A stretch of DNA of 64,000 nucleotides from Chthonomonas calidirosea. Its GTDB lineage: Bacteria > Armatimonadota > Fimbriimonadia > Fimbriimonadales > Fimbriimonadaceae. Within the stretch, counting starts at the first letter, position 1, and each line of letters starts with the position of its first letter. Below are positions 29,950-39,894 of this stretch, piece by piece. A program made the position numbers and the translations under genes. The stretch spans positions 1-64,000 of the forward strand of contig CAMAPH010000005.1 in the NCBI GenBank assembly GCA_945859975.1, in the 5' to 3' direction. Below the pieces are notes generated by a model, which did not search any database, was not told the origin of the DNA, and was given only the letters and a program-made list of their open reading frames with translations.

Positions 29950-31365
29950 TTAGTAGCGGTAGATGACGAGAGGAACGCTAGTTGGGAAGCCAGCGATGGC
30001 GAGACCCGAAAGGGTTGCCGATCTTGCTTGCTGTACCGACACGGTGGATGCGCCGGAGCGATCCTTGATGTCGCCAACGGTGGCAAACACTTCTCCAACC
30101 TTGGAACCGGTCGGCAAGTTGCGGAGCGGATACAGTCGAACCTGTCCGGTGTTCAAGTTCTGAACGCCGTAGTACAACTGAGTGACGCGGGCCGCGGTGA
30201 CGGTGCTTCCGGTTCGCTCAAGGGTCTGTCGAATCAGAACCACGTCCTGCTCTTCATTGTCTCGGCTGCTTGGGAAGGCAATCGCCATAGCTTCTGGCAT
30301 GTTGCCAACAAGCTTATGGTGCTCCCGCCAAATTCCCTGAAGCGAGGTGATTCTCGACAGAAGGAACGGATCCGAAGGATTCACCTGAAGAAGCGAGTAG
30401 GTTCCAGGGGTCGAACCCTGAACTCCAGGGACCAGCGAAAGCTGACCAGGGAGCGAGAACTTACCGTCGATCAAGTTGTTAGCTGCCGCATCTGGATCGA
30501 GGTCGTTGCGGGTCACCGCGTTGAACTCGCCGTTCGTCTGATCTCCAGCAGGAACATCGGTGTAGCCGAGTCCACTAGCAAGAGCGTAGTTATCTCCGCT
30601 GAAGAAGACGCGGAAGGCGTCTCGTCCGGTCAACAGCTTAGGTCGGTCTGCGGATGCCATTCCTCGAAGATCGAAGGTCAGGTAGTCGCTGAGCGAGCTG
30701 GAAATTCGTGGAGAAAGATCCAATCCGTTTGCTCTCTGGAATTCAGGCTCGTTGAACTGATAGAACGAGGTGCCCGAATCGACATCAGTCTCAACCGAGA
30801 ACATGGCGTCGTTCACAAAAAGCTGTAGGTTCGAATACCGGCCCGGGAAGAGCCGAGTATTGATCGGGTAGCCCACAGATGGGATACCGCGAATGTCCGA
30901 CGACTCAAACGAGCTGTCGAACCCTTCCGAAAGGATCGAAGTAACCGAGAGCTCGTACGACTGGAACAGTCGACTGTTCAACGGCCGTCCGGTTTCTGCC
31001 TCGGTCAGGGTGGAAACGTCCGCGTTGAGGCGGAAAATCGAGTTTTGATAGCCGTTCAGCTGAAGGCGGAGCGGAGCATCCAACGGTGGGCGAACAATCG
31101 CCCCTCGTGAGTCCACGAAATCCGGCACTTCGATGCTGGCCTGCGTATCTCCAGGAGCAAACGTGCTACGGCCCTGACCCGTAAGGAACGATAGTTCCAA
31201 CTGACCCGGCTTAGACTCAAGCAGTACCCTCGGACCCGACGCAGGGACAACCCCGCCGCCTCCGCCAGCACCGCCAGAGCTAGAGCCGCCTCCAGCACCG
31301 CCACATCCTGTGGCTCCCACTACAATCGCGATAGAAAATAACGCCCAGTTCCTCAAAGCGCTCAC
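29950..31365 (-). CDS. Hypothetical lipoprotein
   Basis: Lipobox ATG|C followed by a Gly/Ser linker. Confidence 0.8.
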   Translation of the reverse strand: MSALRNWALFSIAIVVGATGCGGAGGGSSSGGAGGGGGVVPASGPRVLLESKPGQLELSFLTGQGRSTFAPGDTQASIEVPDFVDSRGAIVRPPLDAPLRLQLNGYQNSIFRLNADVSTLTEAETGRPLNSRLFQSYELSVTSILSEGFDSSFESSDIRGIPSVGYPINTRLFPGRYSNLQLFVNDAMFSVETDVDSGTSFYQFNEPEFQRANGLDLSPRISSSLSDYLTFDLRGMASADRPKLLTGRDAFRVFFSGDNYALASGLGYTDVPAGDQTNGEFNAVTRNDLDPDAAANNLIDGKFSLPGQLSLVPGVQGSTPGTYSLLQVNPSDPFLLSRITSLQGIWREHHKLVGNMPEAMAIAFPSSRDNEEQDVVLIRQTLERTGSTVTAARVTQLYYGVQNLNTGQVRLYPLRNLPTGSKVGEVFATVGDIKDRSGASTVSVQQARSATLSGLAIAGFPTSVPLVIYRY

Positions 31366-31488
31366 CTTGAAGTCGTGTTTGAGTTACCAAACTGATCGAC
31401 TTCGCGAACAGTATAGCAACACACTCCCTCCTTGTGTACGACGAGGCAGATGACCCAGAAAGGTCACATGCCTCGTCAATTTTTGAAG

Positions 31489-32184
31489 TTATTCGACGAT
31501 CTTGGCTTTGATCGTGCCGGTTGCCGACTGTCCGGCCGCCGGAATGGGCATGTTTGTGAACTTTGCGTCCACCGAAAGAATCTTTCCGTTCTCCAAAACG
31601 ATGAAGGTCGATTCGGTGGTGAGACCACCTTCGCCTTCTTCCGTGATCTTCTGAACGACTTTGAAGCCTTCGGTTTCTCCGACCTTTTCCTTGCCGACCA
31701 GCTTAGTCACGATCTTCAGCGCCTTGATGCTCGCGGTCTTGTTTTCCGCCAAAGTCTGAGTGACCTCCTTGCCCTCGGTCAGCGCTTCGGCTGGGGCAAT
31801 GAACTCCAAGGTGAGGGCGAGTCGGAACGGATCCGAACCCTGAATTCCGCCCGTAACGTTCACGATGTCTCGCTTATCGTTGTACTCGCGCACAAGGTCG
31901 CCAGCCTGGATCCCAGGGTCAGAGCCACCGACCTCGGCGGTCACCTCGTCGATGATGGCGGTGGATTCAACCTTCTCTGGCGAAACCTTTGTGACCTTGG
32001 TGGCAACGTTGAACTTGATGTTGCCTTCGAGGCCGCCAATGTTGAGTTGGAGATCAACCTTGTGCTTAACCGAACTGTTCAGTTCGTAAGTGCGATTGAA
32101 TTTGACCGGATCGGCAGCGTGGGCCATCTGGGAGAGCGCAGCGGCAGCAACGACGAACAAGCGAGCGATGTGGAGTGACTTCAT
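31489..32184 (-). CDS. Hypothetical secreted beta-rich protein
   Basis: Signal peptide ending AHA. Host-like codon usage. Confidence 0.75.
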   Translation of the reverse strand: MKSLHIARLFVVAAAALSQMAHAADPVKFNRTYELNSSVKHKVDLQLNIGGLEGNIKFNVATKVTKVSPEKVESTAIIDEVTAEVGGSDPGIQAGDLVREYNDKRDIVNVTGGIQGSDPFRLALTLEFIAPAEALTEGKEVTQTLAENKTASIKALKIVTKLVGKEKVGETEGFKVVQKITEEGEGGLTTESTFIVLENGKILSVDAKFTNMPIPAAGQSATGTIKAKIVE

Positions 32185-32288
32185 GCAGAACCTACTTATA
32201 CACATACGCACCAGCCTCCACGTCGTACCGACGAAAGAATGAGACTAAAGGTGGGATGTCGGTGTGAATGGTACACTCCGCGCGCACC

Positions 32289-32852
32289 ATGCGACGGGAT
32301 GAACTTCTCGACCTTAACGATGTGCTACAGCACCCTGGTCGACGGATTGAAGTTGACATCTCCACAGAAATGGACGAAGAGGAGGACCTTGACCTGGTCA
32401 CCCCTTTGGACGGTTTTTTGGAGGCCGTGAGTACCGGCAACTTACTACTTATCAGTGGAGAATTCTCCACAACTGCGGTTCTAGAGTGCGCACGATGCAC
32501 TGAGCCGCTGGAACTACCCATCTCATTCCAACTGGACGAACAGTTTCCGGTTGTGGGTGTCCCGAGTTCGCTCAACCATCAGGATGTCGCGAAGGTCTCT
32601 CCGGACGAACCATTTGAACTCTTTGAAGGAAATTCTCTTATCGTCGAGAATTTGCTGCGCCAAAACTTACTGTTGGAGATTCCAATTCAGCCACTTTGCA
32701 CCTACGGCTGGGATGGCGATTGCCCTATTGCCATTGCACGCGGACTCCAAAAAGCGAAAAATGAAGCCGCCCGTGCGGAATTTCAAAAGCTTGCTGGGCT
32801 GTTGAAAGATGAGCCAAGCGAGAAGTCTGAGGCCGGAGAAGAAACTGAATGA
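32289..32852 (+). CDS. yceD: YceD/DUF177 family protein
   Basis: LECARCTEP, LLEIPIQPLC....C, upstream of plsX. Confidence 0.85.
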   Translation: MRRDELLDLNDVLQHPGRRIEVDISTEMDEEEDLDLVTPLDGFLEAVSTGNLLLISGEFSTTAVLECARCTEPLELPISFQLDEQFPVVGVPSSLNHQDVAKVSPDEPFELFEGNSLIVENLLRQNLLLEIPIQPLCTYGWDGDCPIAIARGLQKAKNEAARAEFQKLAGLLKDEPSEKSEAGEETE

Positions 32853-33844
32853 GTATCGCGATTGATGCAATGGGCGGCGATAACGCCCCCGAGGCGATTG
32901 TAGAGGGCGTCCTCTTGGCCGCGCCGGAAATTCGCATGCCCCTGCATCTCGTGGGTGATCTTGCCGTCCTTAAGCCGCTGCTGCCCAGCACTTTGCCCAG
33001 CAACGTCTTCCTGCGCCATGCCACGCAAATCGTGACGATGGACGACAAGCCAACCGACGCGTACCGCAAAAAGAAGGATTCGAGCCTGATGGTCGCGACA
33101 CGGATGATCAAAGATGGCGAAGCGCTTGGACTCGTTTCGGCCGGAAACACCGGTGCAACAACCGCATTTGCCCTTCTCACCTGGCGACAGGTCGAAGGAA
33201 TTCACCGCCCGGGAATTGTTAGCCTCTTCCCCAACAAACACGGTGGCTTTGTGCTGCTTGATGCTGGCGCGTCTCCCGACGCGGAGCCTCACAACCTGGT
33301 GCAATTCGCCGTGCTAGGCCGGGCCTATTCCGAACGGCTCTATGGCCGAAAGAACCCGAAGGTTCACCTGCTCAATGTCGGCGAGGAAGAAGGAAAGGGC
33401 AACGCGGTGGCGAAGCAGACCTTCGACTTGCTGAAGCAGTACCCGTGGTTCGCCGGAAACATCGAAGGCAAAGACATGTTCTTCGACCAGTGCGATGTTG
33501 TGATCTGCGATGCCTTCACCGGCAACATCGTTCTCAAATCCTGCGAAGGCTTGGCCGAGCTCATTGTCTCGGTCATCAAGGAGAACGTGCCCGATCACCC
33601 GCTCATGCGCCCGTTGTACTGGCCCGTCCGACAAGTCATGGAGCCTCTACGCAAGGACATGGACTATGCCGAAATCGGCGGGTCGCCCTTGCTCGGGCTG
33701 AACGGGATCTGCATGATCTGCCACGGGCGAAGCAATTCGCGCGCCATCAAAAACGCTTTGCTGCTCACTCAGCGCGGAATCGAATCTGACCTCATGGGTC
33801 GTATCCGCGAGACCGTTGCCCGCGACATCCTACACACATCATGA
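32849..33844 (+). CDS. plsX: Phosphate acyltransferase PlsX
   Basis: IAIDAMGGDNAP, VSAGNTGA, LNVGEEEGKG, CDAFTGN, CHGRS. Confidence 0.96.
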   Translation: MSIAIDAMGGDNAPEAIVEGVLLAAPEIRMPLHLVGDLAVLKPLLPSTLPSNVFLRHATQIVTMDDKPTDAYRKKKDSSLMVATRMIKDGEALGLVSAGNTGATTAFALLTWRQVEGIHRPGIVSLFPNKHGGFVLLDAGASPDAEPHNLVQFAVLGRAYSERLYGRKNPKVHLLNVGEEEGKGNAVAKQTFDLLKQYPWFAGNIEGKDMFFDQCDVVICDAFTGNIVLKSCEGLAELIVSVIKENVPDHPLMRPLYWPVRQVMEPLRKDMDYAEIGGSPLLGLNGICMICHGRSNSRAIKNALLLTQRGIESDLMGRIRETVARDILHTS

Positions 33845-34830
33845 AACTTCGAACGGTAATCAAAGGGATCGGTCATGCCCTTCCCGAAACGGTGCTGACC
33901 AACGACGAGATCTCACAGGTCCTCGATACCAACGATGAATGGATCGTTCAGCGAACGGGAATCAAGGAGCGGCGAGTCTGCAAGCTGCCGCACGAAGGCA
34001 CTGGCTTCCTGGCCTCGGTCGCGGCAAAAGAAGCGATTGAGCGCAGCGGCGTCGATCCAGAGGACATCGGCTTAGTTCTGTGCGCCACTGTCTCCGGTGA
34101 CTACCCTTGGCCAGCCACCGCGTGTAACGTGCAGGACGCCCTCGGCATTCCTTGCCCCAGCGCATTCGATGTCAGCGCCGCTTGCGCGGGCTTTATCTAT
34201 GCGATGGATGTAGCCGCCGCCATCATCGAGTCAGGCCGCGTACGCCACGCCCTCGTGGTCGGCGTCGACTGCTTGAGTAAGCAAGTGGATTGGACCGACC
34301 GTTCTACCTGCGTCCTGTTCGGCGACGCCGCCGGTGCGGTGGTTGTAGAGGGTCAAGAGAACACTGATCGCGGACTTATCGAGACCGCCACGTTCTCAAA
34401 TGGCGCGGGCGCACTGCACATCGCGATCGAAGTCGGCGGTAGCAAGTATCCGTTTGGATCGCCTCAGGCAGAAGGCAAGAAGTCTTGCATCACCATGAAT
34501 GGTCGTGAGGTCTATCGGTTCGCGGTGAAGGCCATGGGCGACGCTTGCGAGCGCGTGCTTGAGAAGGCCGGAATGACGACGGACGACGTTGATCTGTTCG
34601 TGCCACATCAGGCCAATCTGCGCATTATCGAATCAGCCTCCGAGCGATTGGGCCTCACGGAAGATCGAGTTTTCACGAACGTTCAGAAATACGGGAATAC
34701 CAGTGGCGGCTCGGTTCCCCTTGCCCTTTACGAGGCCGAGCAGGAAGGCCGACTCGTGAAAGGAATGAACGTAATGACGGTAGGTTTTGGAGCAGGTCTC
34801 GTTTGGGGTGCTAACCTCATCAAGTGGTGA
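33841..34830 (+). CDS. fabH: Beta-ketoacyl-ACP synthase III
   Basis: DVSAACAGF, LFGDAAGA, VPHQAN, YGNTS, GFGAGL. Confidence 0.96.
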   Translation: MKLRTVIKGIGHALPETVLTNDEISQVLDTNDEWIVQRTGIKERRVCKLPHEGTGFLASVAAKEAIERSGVDPEDIGLVLCATVSGDYPWPATACNVQDALGIPCPSAFDVSAACAGFIYAMDVAAAIIESGRVRHALVVGVDCLSKQVDWTDRSTCVLFGDAAGAVVVEGQENTDRGLIETATFSNGAGALHIAIEVGGSKYPFGSPQAEGKKSCITMNGREVYRFAVKAMGDACERVLEKAGMTTDDVDLFVPHQANLRIIESASERLGLTEDRVFTNVQKYGNTSGGSVPLALYEAEQEGRLVKGMNVMTVGFGAGLVWGANLIKW

Positions 34831-34849
34831 CCGTCCATAGGTTGGAAAA

Positions 34850-35350
34850 ATGAAATTACGCGATTGGTTCAATCCGGTTCGAGTGCTGTTGCTCGCAGCC
34901 GTTCTTGTCATTGGTGCCTGCGGTGGTGCGGGTGGTGGATCCGATACGTTGCAAGACGATCCAGCTTACGAATGGGCCCTTGATTATCGAGGCGCGATGC
35001 AGACCGAGAATCTGACCCGCGTGAGCGATCTCTTCGCCGACACGTTCCTGGACGATTGCACGGACAAGACCGAAGTCCTGAACAACACGACCACGTTGTT
35101 CGCTGGAACGACGGAACTGAGAATCGAGATCCTTGAGGTTGCCCCGGGCTCGTACTCCTCTGGAAACACGATCTACAGCGCTCTCGTTCGATTCCGCGTG
35201 ACCGGAAACAGCGTCACGGGTCCGGTAAACTACACCGAAACGGGAACCCTCGTTCTTCGAAACATCGGCGGGCTTTGGTACTCCTACGGAAACCAGACGT
35301 GCGTTGCCGGTGCTGTGAGCATTCTCGCCCCGAAGAATCTCAAAAAGTAA
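34850..35350 (+). CDS. Hypothetical lipoprotein (NTF2-like fold possible)
   Basis: Lipobox IGA|C followed by GGAGGGS. Confidence 0.75.
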   Translation: MKLRDWFNPVRVLLLAAVLVIGACGGAGGGSDTLQDDPAYEWALDYRGAMQTENLTRVSDLFADTFLDDCTDKTEVLNNTTTLFAGTTELRIEILEVAPGSYSSGNTIYSALVRFRVTGNSVTGPVNYTETGTLVLRNIGGLWYSYGNQTCVAGAVSILAPKNLKK

Positions 35351-35355
35351 GGCAC

Positions 35356-35393
35356 AAAAAGGCCCTGGCACCCGAGTGGTGCCAGGGCCCTTT
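35356..35393. terminator. Bidirectional Rho-independent terminator
   Basis: AAAAA-GGCCCTGGCACC-CGAGT-GGTGCCAGGGCC-CTTT between convergent genes. Confidence 0.88.
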
Positions 35394-35402
35394 CGTGTCT
35401 GC

Positions 35403-36332
35403 TTAACCTAGCTGCCGGAGGATGGCCTTCAGCGAATCGGATGAAGCGTGCAGAAGTTCCTTTTCTGCTTCGGTTACGACCGGGGTTACGATCTGCATAA
35501 CACCCTTTCGTCCAACGCGCGTTGGGAGCGACAGGGAAACGTCGGAAATCCCCAAGGTGCCCGACTGCTTGGCCGAGACCGGCAGGATCTTTTCCTGATC
35601 GAGCGCGATCGACTCGACGACTTCCTTGATCGAAATACCGACCGCACGACCTGCGCCACCCTTGAGCTTGATGACTTCGGCGCCGCTTTTCTTGGTGAAG
35701 TCAAACACGCCCTGAACTTCATCGGGCGTAACGCCGGGGTAGCTCAGAATCGGAACTCCGCCAACGGTTGCGGATGAAAGGATAGGAACCATCGAATCTC
35801 CGTGCTCGCCCAAAATGAGCGCCTTCACGTCGGTTGCGTTGATCTTGAAGTAGTCCGCAAGCAAGCTTCGGAAGCGTGCGGTGTCCAGAACGGTTCCGAG
35901 GCCAAGAACCTGCTTCTCTGGAACGATGCCCGATTCGGTCGCAAGGTGGGTGAGAATGTCCACCGGGTTGCTGACAACGAGAATGATCGCGCCCTCGTTG
36001 AGCTTCACACCCTTCAGGCTTTCAAGAATGCCTTTGAAGAGGGTTACGTTTCGGTTGATCAGCTCAAGCCGACTTTCTTCTGGCTTTCGTCGAAGACCAG
36101 CCGTGATGACAACGACATCGCTGCCGTCGCAAACGGAATAGTCCGAGCCGCTTGTGAACACCTGATTTGCGGTGAGAGAAGCTCCGTGTCGAAGATCGAG
36201 TGCTTCACCCGCCGCCATGTCTGGATTCATGTCCAGAAGAGCAATTGCCCTAACTACTCCGCCAAGTTGGAGCGCGTAGGCCGCATCCGACCCTACACGT
36301 CCGCCGCCGCCGATGATGCTTACCTTCATCAT
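35403..36332 (-). CDS. Lactate/malate dehydrogenase family protein
   Basis: IIGGGGRVG, TAGLRRKPEESR (Arg at the specificity site, MDH-like), VSNPVD, LDTARF, GEHGDS. Confidence 0.9.
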   Translation of the reverse strand: MMKVSIIGGGGRVGSDAAYALQLGGVVRAIALLDMNPDMAAGEALDLRHGASLTANQVFTSGSDYSVCDGSDVVVITAGLRRKPEESRLELINRNVTLFKGILESLKGVKLNEGAIILVVSNPVDILTHLATESGIVPEKQVLGLGTVLDTARFRSLLADYFKINATDVKALILGEHGDSMVPILSSATVGGVPILSYPGVTPDEVQGVFDFTKKSGAEVIKLKGGAGRAVGISIKEVVESIALDQEKILPVSAKQSGTLGISDVSLSLPTRVGRKGVMQIVTPVVTEAEKELLHASSDSLKAILRQLG

Positions 36333-36354
36333 CTTAAATTATGGCAGGTGAGGG

Positions 36355-37515
36355 TTATTCCGGGTCTTTCGCCGTGACTTCCCAAAGCCGGACAATCTTG
36401 TCCTGTCCGCCCGCGGCAAGACGCGTGCCATCAAAGCTGAAGGCGACCACGTTGATCGGTCGGCTACTGGCCTCGATTCGCACGTTTCCAATGCCCTTCG
36501 CGGCGTTCCAGATGCCAACCGTGCCGTCTCGGGACGCGGAAGCAAATAGCCAGGAGTTCGGGTGGAAGGCCAGCGATTCGACAACCTTGGTGTGGCCGAA
36601 CATCATCTTCACGAGTTCGCCCTTGGAGAGATCGAACACGCGAATGCTGAGGTCAACCCCCGCAACCGCCAGGTAGCGGCTGTTTGCCGAGAAGGCAACC
36701 GCGGTGACCGCGCTGCGAAGCTGAACCAGCGTTCCAATCTTCTCACCGGTTTCGCCGTTGAAGAGATGAACCTTGGCATCCGCGCCGCCGCTTGCCAGAA
36801 TTTTGCCATCCCAGCTCCAAGCAACCGCCATCACGCTGCCATCATGCAATGCGTTTCGGAATCGGCAGTCACCAGTATCGGTGTCAATCACGCTGACCGT
36901 GTTGTAAATGCTCCCGGTGGCGACTCGAGTGCCGTCGGGCGAGATGGCCACCGCGCCAACCCACTCTTCGATCGCCGTCTTCCAGGATTCCACCTTGTCT
37001 TCGTCCAGTCGGACGAAGTTCACCTGGTTTTCGGCTGAACCAGCGCCAGCAACCCGATCAAGGGAGAAAGCTCGGAGAGTCGCGATGACGCCCTGATCTA
37101 CCTTTGCCTTTCGCGCAGAATAGCCCGCTTCGTCCCACCAGATCAGCTCGTTATCGAACCCGCTTGTGACCAGTTGTCCGGAGTCGGGCGAGAAAGCTGC
37201 CGCGTAAACCGGGGTTTTATGGCCTTCGAGTCGCTGGCGAAGCCGAATCTTGACCGGCTTGCGCTGTCGCTCGGGCTCGGCGGCGGTTGCGACGCCGTGG
37301 CCGCTGATGAGCGCATCGTATTCGTTGCGCCGTGACGGATCGATTAACGTCTCAAACGCTTCGTTAATCCGCGCCATGTTTTCGTGGGCGCGCGGATCTG
37401 TGCTGACGTCTGGGTGGTGTTTCTGCGCAAGACGACGATACGCTTTGCGCAGGGTCTCGGCTTCGGCACTTGGACCGACGCCTAGGACTTCATAGTAGCT
37501 GGTGGTTATGTTCAA
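36355..37515 (-). CDS. J-domain protein with C-terminal WD40 propeller
   Basis: YYEVLGV...HHPD...INEAF. Repeated GH..V.AVAFSPDG..LASG..D..V.LW units. Confidence 0.9.
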   Translation of the reverse strand: MNITTSYYEVLGVGPSAEAETLRKAYRRLAQKHHPDVSTDPRAHENMARINEAFETLIDPSRRNEYDALISGHGVATAAEPERQRKPVKIRLRQRLEGHKTPVYAAAFSPDSGQLVTSGFDNELIWWDEAGYSARKAKVDQGVIATLRAFSLDRVAGAGSAENQVNFVRLDEDKVESWKTAIEEWVGAVAISPDGTRVATGSIYNTVSVIDTDTGDCRFRNALHDGSVMAVAWSWDGKILASGGADAKVHLFNGETGEKIGTLVQLRSAVTAVAFSANSRYLAVAGVDLSIRVFDLSKGELVKMMFGHTKVVESLAFHPNSWLFASASRDGTVGIWNAAKGIGNVRIEASSRPINVVAFSFDGTRLAAGGQDKIVRLWEVTAKDPE

Positions 37516-37626
37516 CGCGTCATTGGGCTCCTAGCCCGGAAATACGATTAAACACGGAGTTTATTCAAAGCAGACCGCTAAACGGAAGGGGTAATGATAA
37601 CTCTGCCTTAACAAAGTGAATTTTCT

Positions 37627-39045
37627 TTACCCCGACTTTTGGCCGATTGGTAGTCGGACCGTTGCCGTCGTTCCTTCTCCAACGTTGCTCGCCAGGGTTA
37701 AAGTTCCGCCATGCGATTCCACAATGCTTTTGGCGATCGCAAGTCCGAGCCCGCTGCCGCCAGAGGCTCGGGTTCGTGATGCGTCGACCCGGTAGAACCG
37801 ATCGAACACTCGATGGATGTGCTCGGGTGGGATACCCGGCCCGAAATCTCGAATCGATAAGATCTGCTCACCCGCTTCCACCCACAGTCGCACCTCCACG
37901 AGCCGATCGGAATGGCCATGGTTTAGTGCGTTCTCGATGAGGTTGTTCAAGAGCCGCCCGAGCGTTACCCCGTCGCCTTGAATGGAGCGTTCCGATTCAA
38001 CGTGCAGATCTATCCGGTTTTCCCAAGCGGGATTGCCCAGCACGATTTGGCTGAGTTGAACGGAGCCCGTGACTCCCAGCGGCGCATCTTGGTCGTGGCG
38101 CGCAAGCAACATCAGATCGTCCGAAATCAAGCGAAGCTGCTTTGCAGAGCGATCTACCGATTGAACGACTTCTAGATACTGCTCCGCGGTCCGCGGTGCA
38201 CGAAGAGCGCTGCCGGTTCGCGCAAGAATTGCCGTTAAAGGAGTCTTGATCTCGTGCGACGCATCCGCAGTGAACTCTTGCAGTCGCGCAAAGCTACTCT
38301 CGATTCGATCCATGGCCGAATTGAAAGCCATGGCAAGGGTCGATAACTCATCGTTACCGGTCACCGGTAAGCGCTCGTTCAGGTTCTGCGACTCGATTTT
38401 CGCAACGGAGGCAGCGAAACTGGAAATTGGAGACAGCGCATGCTGAGTGAGGAAGTAGCCGGCAATAAGGGACGTCAAAATTGCCGTCGGCAATAGGGTT
38501 AGAACGGTCCTTCGCAATCTTGCCTGCTCTTCTCGCACGCTGCGCATCGGCCGCGCAATTTGTCCTGCACCGACGATCTTTCCCTTTCGCAGAAGCGGAA
38601 CCGAATAGATTCGAATCTCGGTCGCTCCGGTGCCTTCGATCTGTTCCGGGACGGTGGCGGTGACGAAACCTGCCTTGCCTTTTAGGGATTGGTTGTAGAG
38701 TTCAGCGTCCCAAACTGGTCTTCCGGGCGCGGCCATCTCCTTTGGATCAATGAACTTCATGCGCGGGAAAAGGAACTCGCGTTCAACTAGAAAATTCCGC
38801 ACCGCATTGGGGTCGGCCCCAAATTTGCTGAAGGCGGCGATTCGCTTTTCTGCATCGGGAGGCATGCCCATTCGAAGCGGCAGGTTCACCCACTCCGTCG
38901 AAAACGCGTCCCCACCGGCTGCCAGCTCACGGTCGACTTGGTTTTCCAGATGCCAACTTGACATCAGATAAGTGGCTAAACAAAGCGCCGAAAGGATGAG
39001 CCCCAATACCAAGGAGTTAGCCACCGTCAAGCGGACGCGGATCAA
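37627..39045 (-). CDS. HAMP-domain sensor histidine kinase
   Basis: 2 TM, HAMP, ADASHEIKTPL, NLIENA, DFGPGI, FYRVD, GSGLGL. Confidence 0.93.
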   Translation of the reverse strand: MIRVRLTVANSLVLGLILSALCLATYLMSSWHLENQVDRELAAGGDAFSTEWVNLPLRMGMPPDAEKRIAAFSKFGADPNAVRNFLVEREFLFPRMKFIDPKEMAAPGRPVWDAELYNQSLKGKAGFVTATVPEQIEGTGATEIRIYSVPLLRKGKIVGAGQIARPMRSVREEQARLRRTVLTLLPTAILTSLIAGYFLTQHALSPISSFAASVAKIESQNLNERLPVTGNDELSTLAMAFNSAMDRIESSFARLQEFTADASHEIKTPLTAILARTGSALRAPRTAEQYLEVVQSVDRSAKQLRLISDDLMLLARHDQDAPLGVTGSVQLSQIVLGNPAWENRIDLHVESERSIQGDGVTLGRLLNNLIENALNHGHSDRLVEVRLWVEAGEQILSIRDFGPGIPPEHIHRVFDRFYRVDASRTRASGGSGLGLAIAKSIVESHGGTLTLASNVGEGTTATVRLPIGQKSG

Positions 39046-39717
39046 TTAGGCCTCACTTTTGAGAATATATCCGACTCCATAGATGGTGTGGATAAGCTTC
39101 TTAGAAAAGGCACTATCAATTTTCTTTCGCAAGTTTCGCATGTGCGCATCAACCGTGTTGGAGCTAGTGTCATCCGCATTCCACACGATTTGCTGAATAA
39201 TTTCGCGCGTCAGTACCCGACTACTTCGCATGGCAAGGGCTGCCAGCAGATCATATTCCCTTGGGGTCAAGTGGATGTGCTGCCCGGCGCGCTCAACACG
39301 TCGTTGGGCGGTATCGACAACAAGATCATCGACTTGAACGATCGCCGACTTAGCCGCCAGCTCACGTCGAAGCAGCGCACGGATCCGCGCCAAAAGTTCC
39401 TCGAACTCGAATGGCTTAGCCAAGTAGTCGTCGGCCCCGGTGTCAAGTCCGGTCACGCGATCTTTCAGCGCATCGCGGGCAGTCAGCATCAGCACCGGGG
39501 TGGTATCCCCTGATTCGCGCATCCGCTGGCAGACCTTAAACCCGTCGGCTCCCGGCAACATCAGGTCCAGAAGAACGACCGAAAACTTCGCGCGGCTCAA
39601 AAGCCGGATTGCCCGCTCGCCATCTCGAACGATGTGGACGTCATAACCAACGTCTTCCAAACCCGTGCGCAACGCCGCCGCAATCTCTTGATCGTCCTCT
39701 ACCACCAACACTCGCAT
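39046..39717 (-). CDS. OmpR-family response regulator
   Basis: MRVLVVEDD, LDLMLPG, GADDYLAKPF and a winged-helix C-terminus. Confidence 0.95.
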   Translation of the reverse strand: MRVLVVEDDQEIAAALRTGLEDVGYDVHIVRDGERAIRLLSRAKFSVVLLDLMLPGADGFKVCQRMRESGDTTPVLMLTARDALKDRVTGLDTGADDYLAKPFEFEELLARIRALLRRELAAKSAIVQVDDLVVDTAQRRVERAGQHIHLTPREYDLLAALAMRSSRVLTREIIQQIVWNADDTSSNTVDAHMRNLRKKIDSAFSKKLIHTIYGVGYILKSEA

Positions 39718-39840
39718 ATGAATCGATAATACGCCCACAAAGTCGGCAGGAAGGACTTTTGAGGGGCGTCTTCAGAATTCCTTAATGATTAGTGTTCAGG
39801 CAACAAGTGAGATTCTGAAGGTGCAGATTGTCTTCACAAC

Positions 39841-39858
39841 TTCCTCGATAATTCCTCG
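39841..39858 (+). promoter_or_regulatory. Tandem direct repeat, candidate OmpR-family binding site
   Basis: TTCCTCG at 39841 and 39852 (11-bp period) in the divergent promoter region. Confidence 0.4.
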
Positions 39859-39894
39859 TTAACTCTAATCGTTCCACCAGATTGGAGTCAGCTT

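Noticed and set aside
39087..39095. Perfect DnaA box (TGTGGATAA)
   Set aside because: Single copy inside the response regulator CDS (encodes LIH), with no cluster or AT-rich unwinding element.
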